From Ignavibacteriota bacterium (GTDB lineage Bacteria > Bacteroidota > Ignavibacteria > UBA10030): a stretch of 64,000 nt of DNA. The DNA lies in assembly GCA_963790045.1 (NCBI GenBank), contig CAWBMS010000013.1:19085-83084 (forward strand), in the 5' to 3' direction. The position numbers and the translations under genes are program-made. Below are positions 1-9,384 of this stretch, one piece after another. Position 1 is the first letter of the stretch, and each line of letters begins with the position of its first letter. A model generated the notes under the pieces. That model was not told the origin of the DNA. It saw only the letters and a list, made by a program, of their open reading frames with translations, and searched no databases.

Positions 1-934
1 CTTTCAGTGCAGCATACGTTTCAGTGGTGGAATGCGGATTCACACCTTGTTCCGCAGTATAACCTTCATATTGTGCCCGGACGGTTTCGCGTGCCGAATA
101 TTCTTTTGAAATTTCCCGCATCGCGGTGAGCACTTTTACTTTTTCATTTCGCAGCGCATCGGCTTGAATAGTGATCGGCGGTTCCATTGCAACAAGCGTT
201 AAAATTTGTAAGAGATGATTTTGGAAAATATCGCGCAGCACGCCGGCTTGATCGTAATATCCTGCGCGCCTGCCGACACCGACAGTTTCCGCAACGGAAA
301 TTTGCACGTGGTCGATATAGTTTCTGTTCCAGAGCGGTTCGAAGATCGCGTTGCCAAACCGAAGCACGACAAGATTCTGCACCGTTTCTTTTCCGAGATA
401 ATGATCGATGCGGTAAATTTGATCTTCTTTTAATACACGATGAAATTCTTGATTGAGAACAAGCGCCGACGGAAGATCATGCCCGAACGGTTTTTCGACA
501 ATCACGCGCCGGTAACCGGACTGACCGTCTTCATTCAACAAATTGACTTCCGCCAATCTTGCAACGACATCTGGATAAAATTCCGGAGCGGTGGCAAGAT
601 AGTACAAACAATTTTTCTCCGCGCCACCGAGCAGATCGATTCGTTTGGAGAGATTGCGATATGCCTCGGCGTGATTAAATTCTCCCTGCTGATAAAACAC
701 ATGCGACATAAACTCATTCCACTGCACTTCATCGTAATCAGCCGGATCGAATGCCGACAACGATTCCTGCAACTGCTTGCGGAACACATCATCGCTCAAC
801 GGTTTGCGTGCAAAGCCGATGATCGAGGTTTGTTCCGGCAAACGCTTTTTTCGAAAGTCGTTATAGAGCGCCGGGATCAGTTTTCTATTTGTTAAATCAC
901 CTGTTGCGCCAAATATGACGATGATTGTCCGCAT
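1..934 (-). CDS. zwf: glucose-6-phosphate 1-dehydrogenase, N-terminal ~311 codons (3' part runs off the window)
   Basis: Absent from the ORF track because it has no stop in the window. Reverse translation from ATG at 934-932 gives MRTIIVIFGATGDLTNRKLIPALYNDF...IIGFARK..., then EKPFGHDL and RIDHYLGKE, the classic G6PD signatures. Confidence 0.9.
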   Translation of the reverse strand, partial: MRTIIVIFGATGDLTNRKLIPALYNDFRKKRLPEQTSIIGFARKPLSDDVFRKQLQESLSAFDPADYDEVQWNEFMSHVFYQQGEFNHAEAYRNLSKRIDLLGGAEKNCLYYLATAPEFYPDVVARLAEVNLLNEDGQSGYRRVIVEKPFGHDLPSALVLNQEFHRVLKEDQIYRIDHYLGKETVQNLVVLRFGNAIFEPLWNRNYIDHVQISVAETVGVGRRAGYYDQAGVLRDIFQNHLLQILTLVAMEPPITIQADALRNEKVKVLTAMREISKEYSARETVRAQYEGYTAEQGVNPHSTTETYAALK

Positions 935-1033
935 GAAAATTCTTTCATCAATGTTTTACTACTTATTTCAAAAACAAACTAATGCTAAAAAACGTTCGCT
1001 TATTGACGAATATTTTTAAAACGCAATCCAGCA

Positions 1034-1654
1034 TTATAATGATTTTATGAAATAGGATTCGTTGTTGTACACGGTAGATTTGAATCCCATACGCTTTAAA
1101 AACTGCGTGTGTTCTTTATAATAGGATTTTGTGACAATCGTTTTCACACCGTGCGATTGTAAATACTCTCGTCCTTCTTCAAAAATAAATTTTCCAACTT
1201 TATAATCACGGAATTTCGGAATAGTGTAATTAATCTCGACAACGATGACGCCTTCTTCTTCCTTGCGTGCGACAAAAAGATTTGCCATCGTCTCGTTGCG
1301 CAGCACCATAAAGCAAATACGATTCTCATCAGTGGTAAAACGAAATTCCGGAAAATATTTATGAAGATCTTTTTGATAAAATTTCATGAAACTCTCAACG
1401 ATCTCATCGCCATGATGAATTTGCACGTATTCAAAGTGCTCTCGATGCATCGAAAGATTGATGATCTGCACGATGTTGATGATTGCAAGAATTCCGTTTG
1501 CAAGAATCACCGGAAATGCATCTATCATATCGCCGTAGATTACAAAGGTGAGACATCCAAAAAGATTAATCCACCGAAACCACATCTCACGCTTTACCAT
1601 TAACGAAACCGCAAGAAATGCAGAAGCAAGATATCCGAAAAAGACAATCATCAT
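1034..1654 (-). CDS. membrane-anchored protein with C-terminal GNAT-like acetyltransferase fold (hypothetical)
   Basis: 206-aa ORF. The first ~65 aa are hydrophobic (2-3 TM). The soluble C-terminal half resembles small acyltransferases (VVVEINYTIPKFRDYKVGKFIF). Confidence 0.5.
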   Translation of the reverse strand: MMIVFFGYLASAFLAVSLMVKREMWFRWINLFGCLTFVIYGDMIDAFPVILANGILAIINIVQIINLSMHREHFEYVQIHHGDEIVESFMKFYQKDLHKYFPEFRFTTDENRICFMVLRNETMANLFVARKEEEGVIVVEINYTIPKFRDYKVGKFIFEEGREYLQSHGVKTIVTKSYYKEHTQFLKRMGFKSTVYNNESYFIKSL

Positions 1655-1666
1655 TCTTCCTTTCTC

Positions 1667-2785
1667 TTATTTTCCGAACAATAATTCTTCAACATATCGT
1701 GCAATAGCCGGAGACGATGTCAGTCCGGGAGATTCAATGCCGATTAAATTGATAAAGCCATGCAAGCCGCGTTCAGTTTCATGAACAATCACAAAATCTC
1801 TTGCCGGCGCACCTTTCTTTTGTAACTTCGGACGAATGCCGCTCATATCCGGAACAATATCGTTGTCTGCAATCATCGGCAAAATGCGGCGGATGGATTC
1901 TGCAAACGCATGACGTTTCGATTCATCCACTTGATAATTCAATGTGCGGTCATCGAGATATTCTACATCCGGGCCAAACTTCATTCTTCCACCCAAATCG
2001 ACAAGCGAGTGCACACCGAGTCCTTCGTTTAACGGAACCGGATACACAAGCCGTGAAACTAATTTTGCTTTGGACGGCGTGACGGCAAAATACGAACCTT
2101 TCACATAATTCAATCTGTAATTTGCTTTATCAATATCGATGCCCGCCAATTCTGCAATCATATCGCATTGCAATCCCGCTGCATTGATGACGATTTCACT
2201 TGTGAATGAAGAACGAATGCCGCTTTCATCAATTGTAACTTCATATCCGCCGGAAGACGAATGCAAGCCGACAACATTGCTTCTCTGCTGCACAATACCG
2301 CCGTTGGAAAGTATGGTACGATAAAAATAATCCATCAAGTCATGCACACTCACAATGCCTGTGCGCGGAGAAAAGAGCGAACCGACAGTGCGAATATTCG
2401 GTTCCAATTTTAAAGTTGCCGCAGTATCTAAAAATTCTAACGGTACGCCGTTCGCTGTTCCTGTTTTATAAATCTTTTCCAACTTCGACATTTCTTCCGG
2501 AATCGTTGCAGTAATAATTTTTGTAATGTTCCGGTGCGGAATATTGTTCGCTTTGCAAATCGCATAAAACTCTTCGCGCCCTTCGACACACAATTTTGCC
2601 TTGAGAGAATCTGGTTCATAATACATGCCGCCGTGAATCACTTCGCTGTTACGGCTGGAAGTTTCCATGCCGTACTTTTCATTTTTTTCCAACACAACAA
2701 GCCGCGGATGTTTTTGTGATAATCGTGCGGCAATTGCCAGCCCTACAACGCCGCCGCCGATAATAATTATTTCGAAATCTGCCAT
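1667..2785 (-). CDS. FAD-dependent oxidoreductase (L-2-hydroxyglutarate oxidase / glycerol-3-phosphate dehydrogenase-like)
   Basis: 372 aa with N-terminal IIIIGGGVVGLAIAARL dinucleotide-binding motif; DAO-family layout. Confidence 0.8.
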   Translation of the reverse strand: MADFEIIIIGGGVVGLAIAARLSQKHPRLVVLEKNEKYGMETSSRNSEVIHGGMYYEPDSLKAKLCVEGREEFYAICKANNIPHRNITKIITATIPEEMSKLEKIYKTGTANGVPLEFLDTAATLKLEPNIRTVGSLFSPRTGIVSVHDLMDYFYRTILSNGGIVQQRSNVVGLHSSSGGYEVTIDESGIRSSFTSEIVINAAGLQCDMIAELAGIDIDKANYRLNYVKGSYFAVTPSKAKLVSRLVYPVPLNEGLGVHSLVDLGGRMKFGPDVEYLDDRTLNYQVDESKRHAFAESIRRILPMIADNDIVPDMSGIRPKLQKKGAPARDFVIVHETERGLHGFINLIGIESPGLTSSPAIARYVEELLFGK

Positions 2786-2926
2786 TCTTTAATCCGTTCC
2801 TGAATTATTCCAAGATACAAAAAGGTAGATGAAAACACACAAGAATCTTGATTAATGACTTTTCGCTCCGTATGTTATAGATAATCGTATATCGAAGAAC
2901 AAATTATTAGCAAGAGGAGTAACAGT

Positions 2927-3046
2927 ATGGGAAAAGGCGATTATCGTTCGAAGCGCGGCAAGATTTTTCTTGGAACATTCGGCAAAACACGAAAGCGTAA
3001 AACAAAAGTTTCGACAACTATGAAAAAGCCCGTCGTTCAGAAGTAG
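2927..3046 (+). CDS. 30S ribosomal protein Thx (bTHX), 39 aa
   Basis: Too short for the ORF track. MGKGDYRSKRGKIFLGTFGKTRKRKTKV... closely matches Thermus Thx ([24 protein letters not shown], from memory). GGAG Shine-Dalgarno sits 8 nt upstream and a terminator follows. Confidence 0.8.
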   Translation: MGKGDYRSKRGKIFLGTFGKTRKRKTKVSTTMKKPVVQK

Positions 3047-3066
3047 CATTGTTTTACTTTTTAAAA

Positions 3067-3104
3067 GCATCTGTAGGACAATGCTGTCCACAGGTGCTTT
3101 TTTT
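3067..3104 (+). terminator. rho-independent terminator after Thx
   Basis: gcatctgtaggaca / tgtccacaggtgc stem (13 bp, one bulge, one G-U) followed by TTTTTTT. Confidence 0.7.
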
Positions 3105-3117
3105 ATTTTGATCAGCG

Positions 3118-4365
3118 ATGAAACAATCAGCAGACAACTCCACAAAACATTTCAGCTTGGCACAAACATTTGCCGCGCTGCAGCACCGCAATTATCGCTT
3201 GTGGTTCACCGGACAAGTTGTGTCGCTATTCGGTACGTGGATGCAGGTAACGGCCCAAGGATTTTTAATTTATCAACTCACCAAGTCTCCTGCATTTCTT
3301 GGTTTCGTTGGATTCGCCAACGGCTTACCATCGCTGGTGTTCATGCTGTATGCCGGTGTCATCGCCGATCGTTTTCCACGCCGCACGTTGCTGTTAACCA
3401 CACAGACGATGATGATGGTGCTTGCGTTCATTCTTACGATCCTTACATTTTTCAATCTCATTGCACCGTGGCATATCATTGTGCTCGCGTTTCTGCTCGG
3501 CATCGCGAATGCTTTTGATGCGCCCGCTCGCATGGCATTTATTCCGCAATTAGTACCAAAAGAACGATTGACCAATGCGATTGCACTGAATGCAATGATG
3601 ATGAACACCGCCACAACGCTTGGCCCCGGCATCGCCGGTGTTATCTATGCCACCATGGGACCAGCTTGGTGCTTTGCTTTCAATGGCATTTCATTTCTTG
3701 CGGTCATCGGAGCTTTATTAATGATCAAACCGCCGATACAGCAAATTCAACACAGTGAAGGATCGACATTTTCCAAACTCAAGACAGGCATTTCGTATGT
3801 GCTTCATACACCGACTATTCGCACACTTGTTCTGATGGTCGGCGCAACAAGTTTATTCGGGATGTCGATGGGCACATTGATTCCAGCATGGAGCGTTAAA
3901 GTTTTGCATGGCGATGCAGCAACGAACGGTTTGCTCCAATCGGCACGCGGCATCGGCTCGCTCATCGGTGCATTCGTCATTGCTTCAATAGGACACATGA
4001 AAATTCGCGGTAAGATGGTCACATTCGGTTCATGCTTCCTGCCAGTGTTTTTTATCTTGTTTGCACTAACTACATGGCTGCCGCTTTCATTCGTGTTCAT
4101 CGGGTGTCTGGGATTTGCATCAATCTTTATTGTGAATGATGCCAACGCACTCGTAACATCGACGGTACCGGAAAATATCCGCGGCCGTGTGATGAGCGTG
4201 TACAGCATGTTATTCTTCGGTTCGATGCCAATCGGCGCATTGATGTACGGCTCACTTGCCGAACGATTCGGGGAAGTTTCTACTTTAATTTTTAGCGGTG
4301 GATGTTTAACGCTTATTGCTCTGGCGGTGTGGACGTTTGCTCCGACGATTCGGTCGTTGGAATAA
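3118..4365 (+). CDS. MFS transporter (EntS/MFS_3-like)
   Basis: 415 aa, about 12 predicted TM segments. The N-terminal HRNYRLWFTGQVVSLFGTWMQ motif is typical of this MFS subfamily. Confidence 0.85.
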   Translation: MKQSADNSTKHFSLAQTFAALQHRNYRLWFTGQVVSLFGTWMQVTAQGFLIYQLTKSPAFLGFVGFANGLPSLVFMLYAGVIADRFPRRTLLLTTQTMMMVLAFILTILTFFNLIAPWHIIVLAFLLGIANAFDAPARMAFIPQLVPKERLTNAIALNAMMMNTATTLGPGIAGVIYATMGPAWCFAFNGISFLAVIGALLMIKPPIQQIQHSEGSTFSKLKTGISYVLHTPTIRTLVLMVGATSLFGMSMGTLIPAWSVKVLHGDAATNGLLQSARGIGSLIGAFVIASIGHMKIRGKMVTFGSCFLPVFFILFALTTWLPLSFVFIGCLGFASIFIVNDANALVTSTVPENIRGRVMSVYSMLFFGSMPIGALMYGSLAERFGEVSTLIFSGGCLTLIALAVWTFAPTIRSLE

Positions 4366-5779
4366 TATTTTTTTTCTGTGGAGTATTTTTTTCTAATTTC
4401 CCCCATCCCCACCACATCAACGCCATAAATAATCCCGGATACATCGGTTCTACACCGAAGAAATATTTTGGATTTCCATTCACGAGATTCAATTGCCCAT
4501 AGACCAAACTGAACGTAGAAATAAACCAGCCGTTCACCATCGCACCCAGCGCATACGTAGCAGGAATTTTTAATCGATCAAAATAACTTGAGAGTACCGG
4601 AATAAGAAGCCCGGGAATAATGCACGTGCCGATGGTGTACCATAGATTGACGACCGATGGTACCAACAACGCAAGAGCAACAGAAACAACAGCAGAAATG
4701 ATCAATCCAATTTTTGTCCACCGACGCACCAATTCCGAATCGTGCGGAGCGTTCTTCCATCTCCCAACAATATCTTTGCCGATGGTAATTCCCGAAATCA
4801 ACGTTAAGCTGCTTAAGGTGGACATAATGGTAGCAAGCATGCCGATATAAAATAATCCTTTGGCAATTGCCGGCAACGCAACTTCGGCAAGCATCGGATA
4901 AGAAAACATCGGCTGCGAGAGAACGGGCAATGCTGCACGCGCATACAATCCGGCGGAAGTTGTCATAAAATCAAACACGAGCCAGAATAAAATAGAGATG
5001 AGAATTCCGCGCTGTGCTGTTTTACCATCCTTCGCCGCATAACAGCGTTGATAAAACGCCGGATCGACCAACGTCCAGAGCGCAATGAAAAACCACACAG
5101 CAATATATTGCCAGCTATTGCCGCCGTGCCATGTAAGATGTAATTCCGGTACGTGCAAGCGAATAAATTCCATTCCACCGAATTTGAAATACGAAAAAAT
5201 GACAGCCATCGCGAAGCCGAGAAACATCAACACAAATTCAAATGCATTTGCCCAAACATCAGAACGGAAACCGCCGTTGTATAAATAGATAATCGTGATA
5301 AACGTCGCAATGAGTATGGAAAGCGTAAGATTGATTCCAAAAATTAATTGCACCAACACACCCAACATCAACACATACGCAGCGGGAGTAACGAGAAAAA
5401 ATGTTAACACTCCGCCGACGAGTGCCGTGCGTCGATCATACACCTGTTCCAACTTGTCAGGAATGGTGTAGAGGTTGGTTGCACGAATACGCTTTGCAAG
5501 AAACAGCGCAAAGATCAATGCAAAAATATAATATGGAACACCGAAAACGACCCAGTTGGAAATGCCGTACTTGTAGGAATATTCTCCCACACCAAGAATA
5601 CCGCCGTACCAAGTCGAAACTAATGTCGCAACAAACATCGGCAGCGTGAGTGTGCGCCCTGCAAGTAAATATTCATCATTATCCGATTTTTGTTTTCGTG
5701 ATGCGCGGAATCCGATAAAGACAACCGCAGCAAAGTATGCAACGATTAAAACAATATCGATAATGGATAAATGAACCAT
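4313..5779 (-). CDS. sodium:solute symporter (SSS/SSF family)
   Basis: 488 aa, polytopic, with YLLAGRTL...STWYGGILGVGE N-terminal SSS signature. Its start is 19 nt downstream of the thiamine pyrophosphokinase stop on the same strand. Confidence 0.85.
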   Translation of the reverse strand: MVHLSIIDIVLIVAYFAAVVFIGFRASRKQKSDNDEYLLAGRTLTLPMFVATLVSTWYGGILGVGEYSYKYGISNWVVFGVPYYIFALIFALFLAKRIRATNLYTIPDKLEQVYDRRTALVGGVLTFFLVTPAAYVLMLGVLVQLIFGINLTLSILIATFITIIYLYNGGFRSDVWANAFEFVLMFLGFAMAVIFSYFKFGGMEFIRLHVPELHLTWHGGNSWQYIAVWFFIALWTLVDPAFYQRCYAAKDGKTAQRGILISILFWLVFDFMTTSAGLYARAALPVLSQPMFSYPMLAEVALPAIAKGLFYIGMLATIMSTLSSLTLISGITIGKDIVGRWKNAPHDSELVRRWTKIGLIISAVVSVALALLVPSVVNLWYTIGTCIIPGLLIPVLSSYFDRLKIPATYALGAMVNGWFISTFSLVYGQLNLVNGNPKYFFGVEPMYPGLFMALMWWGWGKLEKNTPQKKNIIPTTESSEQTSTPPEQ

Positions 5780-5798
5780 GTAAATGATGAAAAACGGT

Positions 5799-6461
5799 TT
5801 ACGAATTATGAATTTTTAGTTTATTAAATGAATGGGCGATAAAAACGATCAGCTTACCGGTGCGGAATTTAACTGTGACCATTTCTGAAGTGGAAACATT
5901 GCTCGTGCTTTCTCGCACGCCAAGTCCGAGTGATTCGTTCTTTAAATTCCATTTGAGTCCTGAAGTCGTAACACCGCTGCACAACGTCAACGGTAATAAA
6001 GAAATTGTTGCTCCGACAGGCAATTGGATGACCGTTTCATTCTCGACAGAAAAATATTTGCCATATTGATCGACGAAGGTAATATCGATGGAATCCGAAA
6101 ATTTCGATAACGCGCTGAAGTTGCCAAATTCATGATCCGCTCTGCCGCCTGTTGCACCAAAGATCACTGCTTCGGAAAAATGATGCGCCACTGCGTACGA
6201 TAATGCTTTTTCCAAATCGGTACTGTTTTGTTCTCGAATTTGTTTAATCGGCACTTTGCTGAAGAGCTTCAACGTCTTCGCTGTTATTGAATCCAGATCA
6301 CCGAGAATCATTTGCGGCACGATAGACAATGCGGCTGCAGCATTCGCACCGCCATCGGCACAGACAAGAATATCGTTCGGCTCTTGATACTGTTTGAGAA
6401 TCTGTTTTGTCGGCGATGTGCCGTTCGCCAGAATAATGATCCGTTTGTTCATATCGCACAT
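5799..6461 (-). CDS. thiN: thiamine pyrophosphokinase
   Basis: MNKRIIILANG...VCADGGAN...ILGDLDS...STDLEKAL...FGATGGRADHEF... matches the TPK catalytic plus B1-binding domains. The track ORF extends to 6674, but that extension overlaps the upstream TBDR stop. The real start is ATG 6461 or 6452. Confidence 0.8.
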   Translation of the reverse strand: MCDMNKRIIILANGTSPTKQILKQYQEPNDILVCADGGANAAAALSIVPQMILGDLDSITAKTLKLFSKVPIKQIREQNSTDLEKALSYAVAHHFSEAVIFGATGGRADHEFGNFSALSKFSDSIDITFVDQYGKYFSVENETVIQLPVGATISLLPLTLCSGVTTSGLKWNLKNESLGLGVRESTSNVSTSEMVTVKFRTGKLIVFIAHSFNKLKIHNS

Positions 6462-6651
6462 AAAAATAAAAACGCCGCCAGATCGAGGGGAGGCAACAAC
6501 CCAGCGGCGAATTGTACATAACGGAATAAATCCGTACGCACATACAATAAACGCATAGCCACCATAAAGGTTTCTCCGTCTCGCATTATCTTCTCTTTCT
6601 CTGTCACGCTGTGTAATGTACGCAACAGAGAAAGAAAAACACAGAAAGAAA

Positions 6652-8922
6652 TTATAATTGCAGCGCCATACCAATAATGTAATTGCGTTCGGCAGCAGGA
6701 TAGAATTCCTGCCCTTCGCCAGTCATCGTATATAATCGATTTAACAAATTGTGCACTTCACCGCGCACGATAAGATGCACGCCGGCACCAAGCGTGAACC
6801 GATACAATGCAGATGCATTCAGTACCATATACGCATCATTTTTTTCGAGATCATTTTTAGTATTGTCCGTATAAAATGCACCGACATATTTTGCATCGAT
6901 TGAGGCACTCCAAGCATCAACAGTTTGAGTCAACCGAAGGTTCGCCATAAAATCCGGTGAGCCGGCAATCGGATTGCCATCCAAACTATGGCGATACGTG
7001 ATGCCATTCACGATGCTATCAGCAATCGCATAGCTGATGAGGCGATTGTGAGAAATCGTTGCATTGCCGCTCACACTGAATCCGTTATTGAACGATGTTT
7101 GCGCTTCAAGTTCGATGCCAATGTGCCGCGTGCGGTCAGCATTGCCCATCACCGGTTCTCCGAAAATATCAAGCGCGCCACTTTTAATGAGTTCATCTTT
7201 AAATTCCATCCAGAAAATATTTGCCGCCAGCAGCGAATATTCATTACGGTATGCCGCACCAATTTCTAAATCGTACAAATGTTCCGGTTTGGCAATCGGA
7301 TTATTGAAATTGTATTTCACGGCACCGCCTACCGTATCGGCTTCAAACTGCGGCGTGCTGCCCCAGATGGTTTCTTCCGCAGAATATAAATCTATCAATC
7401 GCGGCTCGCGAGACGTGTATGCGAGATTGATGTAAGAATTAAAATGTTCATCCACATTATAATTGACGCCGACACGTGGATTGACAAAGAAATACGGGAC
7501 AGCAAAATCATCATTATAAAATTTTTCATTGCTCAGTGTATAGCGATCATAGACAAATTGAAGATCGGTCATTAATGTCAGATCGTCGTTCAATCTATAT
7601 AATTCATTACCGTAGAACGAAACGATATCTTTTCCGCCGTTGTATTTATAGATATAATAATCAGGATCGTAATTCGACGGAAAGTTTTCTGCATACTGAA
7701 TTTTTCCCCAATGCAGCGAACGATGGAAACGCAATTCCGCACCAAGCGTCAGCACACCGGTGTTGTGATCGATTTCCAACCGCGGCAGCCATCCGAATTG
7801 TTTATCACCGACATACGCGCGCACAAGCGAATTGATCGGATCCGCAGCACCGACATATCCGTTTGCTGAATCCCAATGAATCGCCGATGCCGTCAAACCA
7901 CTTCCATCATAGTCATAATATCCATCGCCTTGAATATAAAAAAATGTATTGGAGAGTGTGATCTTCGGTGTCAATCGCCATTCGTTCAATAATTCAAAAT
8001 GCGGCTGGGAAAATGATTCTGCTTCTTGCGCACGACGATTCGTGGCATAGGTAACAGAATCTTGCGCATCGTTCAATTCAAAATAATTGTAATTCGTACG
8101 ACGAAGATTTAGGTCGTTGTTATAAAATTTCGGGATGCCATTATATACTAATCCATCGGTGAACGGACCGCCGTAAAAATGTATGCGTGTCGTCATGTTC
8201 GCATCCAATCGTTCGACACCGAAAAAATAAGAATCAATTTCGTCCCAGGATTTATCGCGATACCCATCGGTAGAAAGTTTGCCAAGCCGCCCGTAAAACA
8301 TATATTGACTATCGACAAGACCGGAGTTGAATGTTGCGGAATATTTCCGCGTAGAAAGCACAACAGTATTTGTTGAACCGTATTCCTGAAATCCCAAACT
8401 GCTTTCAAGCAAAACACTCGGCTTTGGCTGGAACGGAATTGCAATCAAATTCACAGAGCCGCCGATTGCCGGCGGTCCGTAAAACGCGCTGCCTGCTCCG
8501 CGCTGCACTTGAATGGTGGATGTGCTTCCCAGCAAATCCGGAAAGTCGATCCAGTACACGCTAAAATCTTCCGGATCATTCTGCGGCACGCCATTCACCA
8601 TCACAGAAAGCCGCTGCTGTTCAAAGCCGCGTAAATTAATGTAGCTGTACCCGCCGCTTGCATTTCCATTTTCAGAATAAAATGTGATGGACGGAAGTTC
8701 GGATAACAGTACAGGAACATCCTGCACAGTATATTGCTGCTGGATTTGCGATCTGGATAAATTAGAAAATGTTACGGGCGATAAACGCTCCGTTGCCTGT
8801 GTTGCCGCAACGGTTGTAACAGGTGCTTCGTGATAGACAGTGTCACGATCGATTTTCTCTTGCGCAGTGGCAATTGAAAATCCTATGGTGACGGCTGCAA
8901 GAAGATGTGAATAGTTCAGCAT
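6652..8922 (-). CDS. TonB-dependent outer-membrane receptor (predicted thiamine/precursor receptor)
   Basis: 756 aa with signal peptide, plug domain (INLRGF..VMVNGVPQND) and a beta-barrel ending in a terminal aromatic/L residue. AAGGAG Shine-Dalgarno present. A TPP riboswitch lies immediately upstream. Confidence 0.9.
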   Translation of the reverse strand: MLNYSHLLAAVTIGFSIATAQEKIDRDTVYHEAPVTTVAATQATERLSPVTFSNLSRSQIQQQYTVQDVPVLLSELPSITFYSENGNASGGYSYINLRGFEQQRLSVMVNGVPQNDPEDFSVYWIDFPDLLGSTSTIQVQRGAGSAFYGPPAIGGSVNLIAIPFQPKPSVLLESSLGFQEYGSTNTVVLSTRKYSATFNSGLVDSQYMFYGRLGKLSTDGYRDKSWDEIDSYFFGVERLDANMTTRIHFYGGPFTDGLVYNGIPKFYNNDLNLRRTNYNYFELNDAQDSVTYATNRRAQEAESFSQPHFELLNEWRLTPKITLSNTFFYIQGDGYYDYDGSGLTASAIHWDSANGYVGAADPINSLVRAYVGDKQFGWLPRLEIDHNTGVLTLGAELRFHRSLHWGKIQYAENFPSNYDPDYYIYKYNGGKDIVSFYGNELYRLNDDLTLMTDLQFVYDRYTLSNEKFYNDDFAVPYFFVNPRVGVNYNVDEHFNSYINLAYTSREPRLIDLYSAEETIWGSTPQFEADTVGGAVKYNFNNPIAKPEHLYDLEIGAAYRNEYSLLAANIFWMEFKDELIKSGALDIFGEPVMGNADRTRHIGIELEAQTSFNNGFSVSGNATISHNRLISYAIADSIVNGITYRHSLDGNPIAGSPDFMANLRLTQTVDAWSASIDAKYVGAFYTDNTKNDLEKNDAYMVLNASALYRFTLGAGVHLIVRGEVHNLLNRLYTMTGEGQEFYPAAERNYIIGMALQL

Positions 8923-8940
8923 CGTATTTCTCCTTTCAGA

Positions 8941-8980
8941 AATAAAAAAGCCGTTTCCATAGGAAAAAGAAAACGGCTTG
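8941..8980 (-). terminator. riboswitch expression-platform terminator
   Basis: Minus strand reads AAGCCGTTT-(loop)-AAACGGCTT followed by TTTTTATTT, 18 nt before the TBDR ATG. The left arm CCGTTTTC can alternatively pair with GAAAACGG of the aptamer P1 3' strand, forming an antiterminator. Confidence 0.65.
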
Positions 8981-8999
8981 AAGAAAGAAGAGCTGTTCT

Positions 9000-9106
9000 C
9001 CGTTTTCCTACGCCGGTATAACCCGGTTCAGGTTCGCAGGGTTTGATCTCAGTCCCGATCTCATCAAGTTCTTCGTCTGATGAAACCGTCAGGACACCCC
9101 TAACGG
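9000..9106 (-). promoter_or_regulatory. TPP (THI-box) riboswitch aptamer
   Basis: Minus strand reads CCGTTAGGGGTGTCCTGACGG...GGGACTGAGATCAAACCCTGCGAACCTGAACCGGGTTATACCGGCGTAGGAAAACGG. The GGGGUG, CUGAGA, ACCCU, GAACCUGA and CGUAGGAA blocks and a closing P1 (CCGTT/AACGG) are all present. Confidence 0.9.
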
Positions 9107-9140
9107 ATGAATAAATATGTTAATGTAAAAGAACTACTTA

Positions 9141-9169
9141 AATATACAGCGATGCAGAATCGATGTCAA
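9141..9169 (-). promoter_or_regulatory. sigma70-type promoter for the riboswitch operon
   Basis: Minus strand reads TTGACA-N17-TATATT, about 35 nt upstream of the aptamer. Confidence 0.45.
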
Positions 9170-9225
9170 GAAAAATATTTGCAGCAAGGGTGTTTCAATA
9201 ATCTTTTCAGCGGCGAGTAAAAGAA

Positions 9226-9254
9226 TTGACATTGAAATAATTAAACAGTAGAAT
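9226..9254 (+). promoter_or_regulatory. sigma70-type promoter pointing into repeat array 1 and the kinase gene
   Basis: TTGACA (9226-9231), 17-nt spacer, TAGAAT (9249-9254). Confidence 0.45.
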
Positions 9255-9384
9255 TCTGTCAAGATATTAAACGCGTTCACATGTTTTCCGGGTCAAGAAG
9301 TTTATGGTGGATGTTGAAAAGAAATTTTGCTGCAGATTCCCTTCTGGAATCTGCCTTTATCTCCCTTCGTTGTTCATACCAACA

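Noticed and set aside
440-895. 151-aa plus-strand ORF at the window start.
   Set aside because: It is antisense to the zwf coding sequence, which has unambiguous G6PD motifs.
2852-3145. 97-aa minus-strand ORF.
   Set aside because: It is antisense to the Thx gene and its terminator and has no coding features.
4313-4365. 53-nt overlap of the convergent MFS and SSS genes as a regulatory antisense arrangement.
   Set aside because: Both ORF ends are low-complexity tails, and either stop could be affected by the indel problem seen elsewhere. There is no independent evidence of function.
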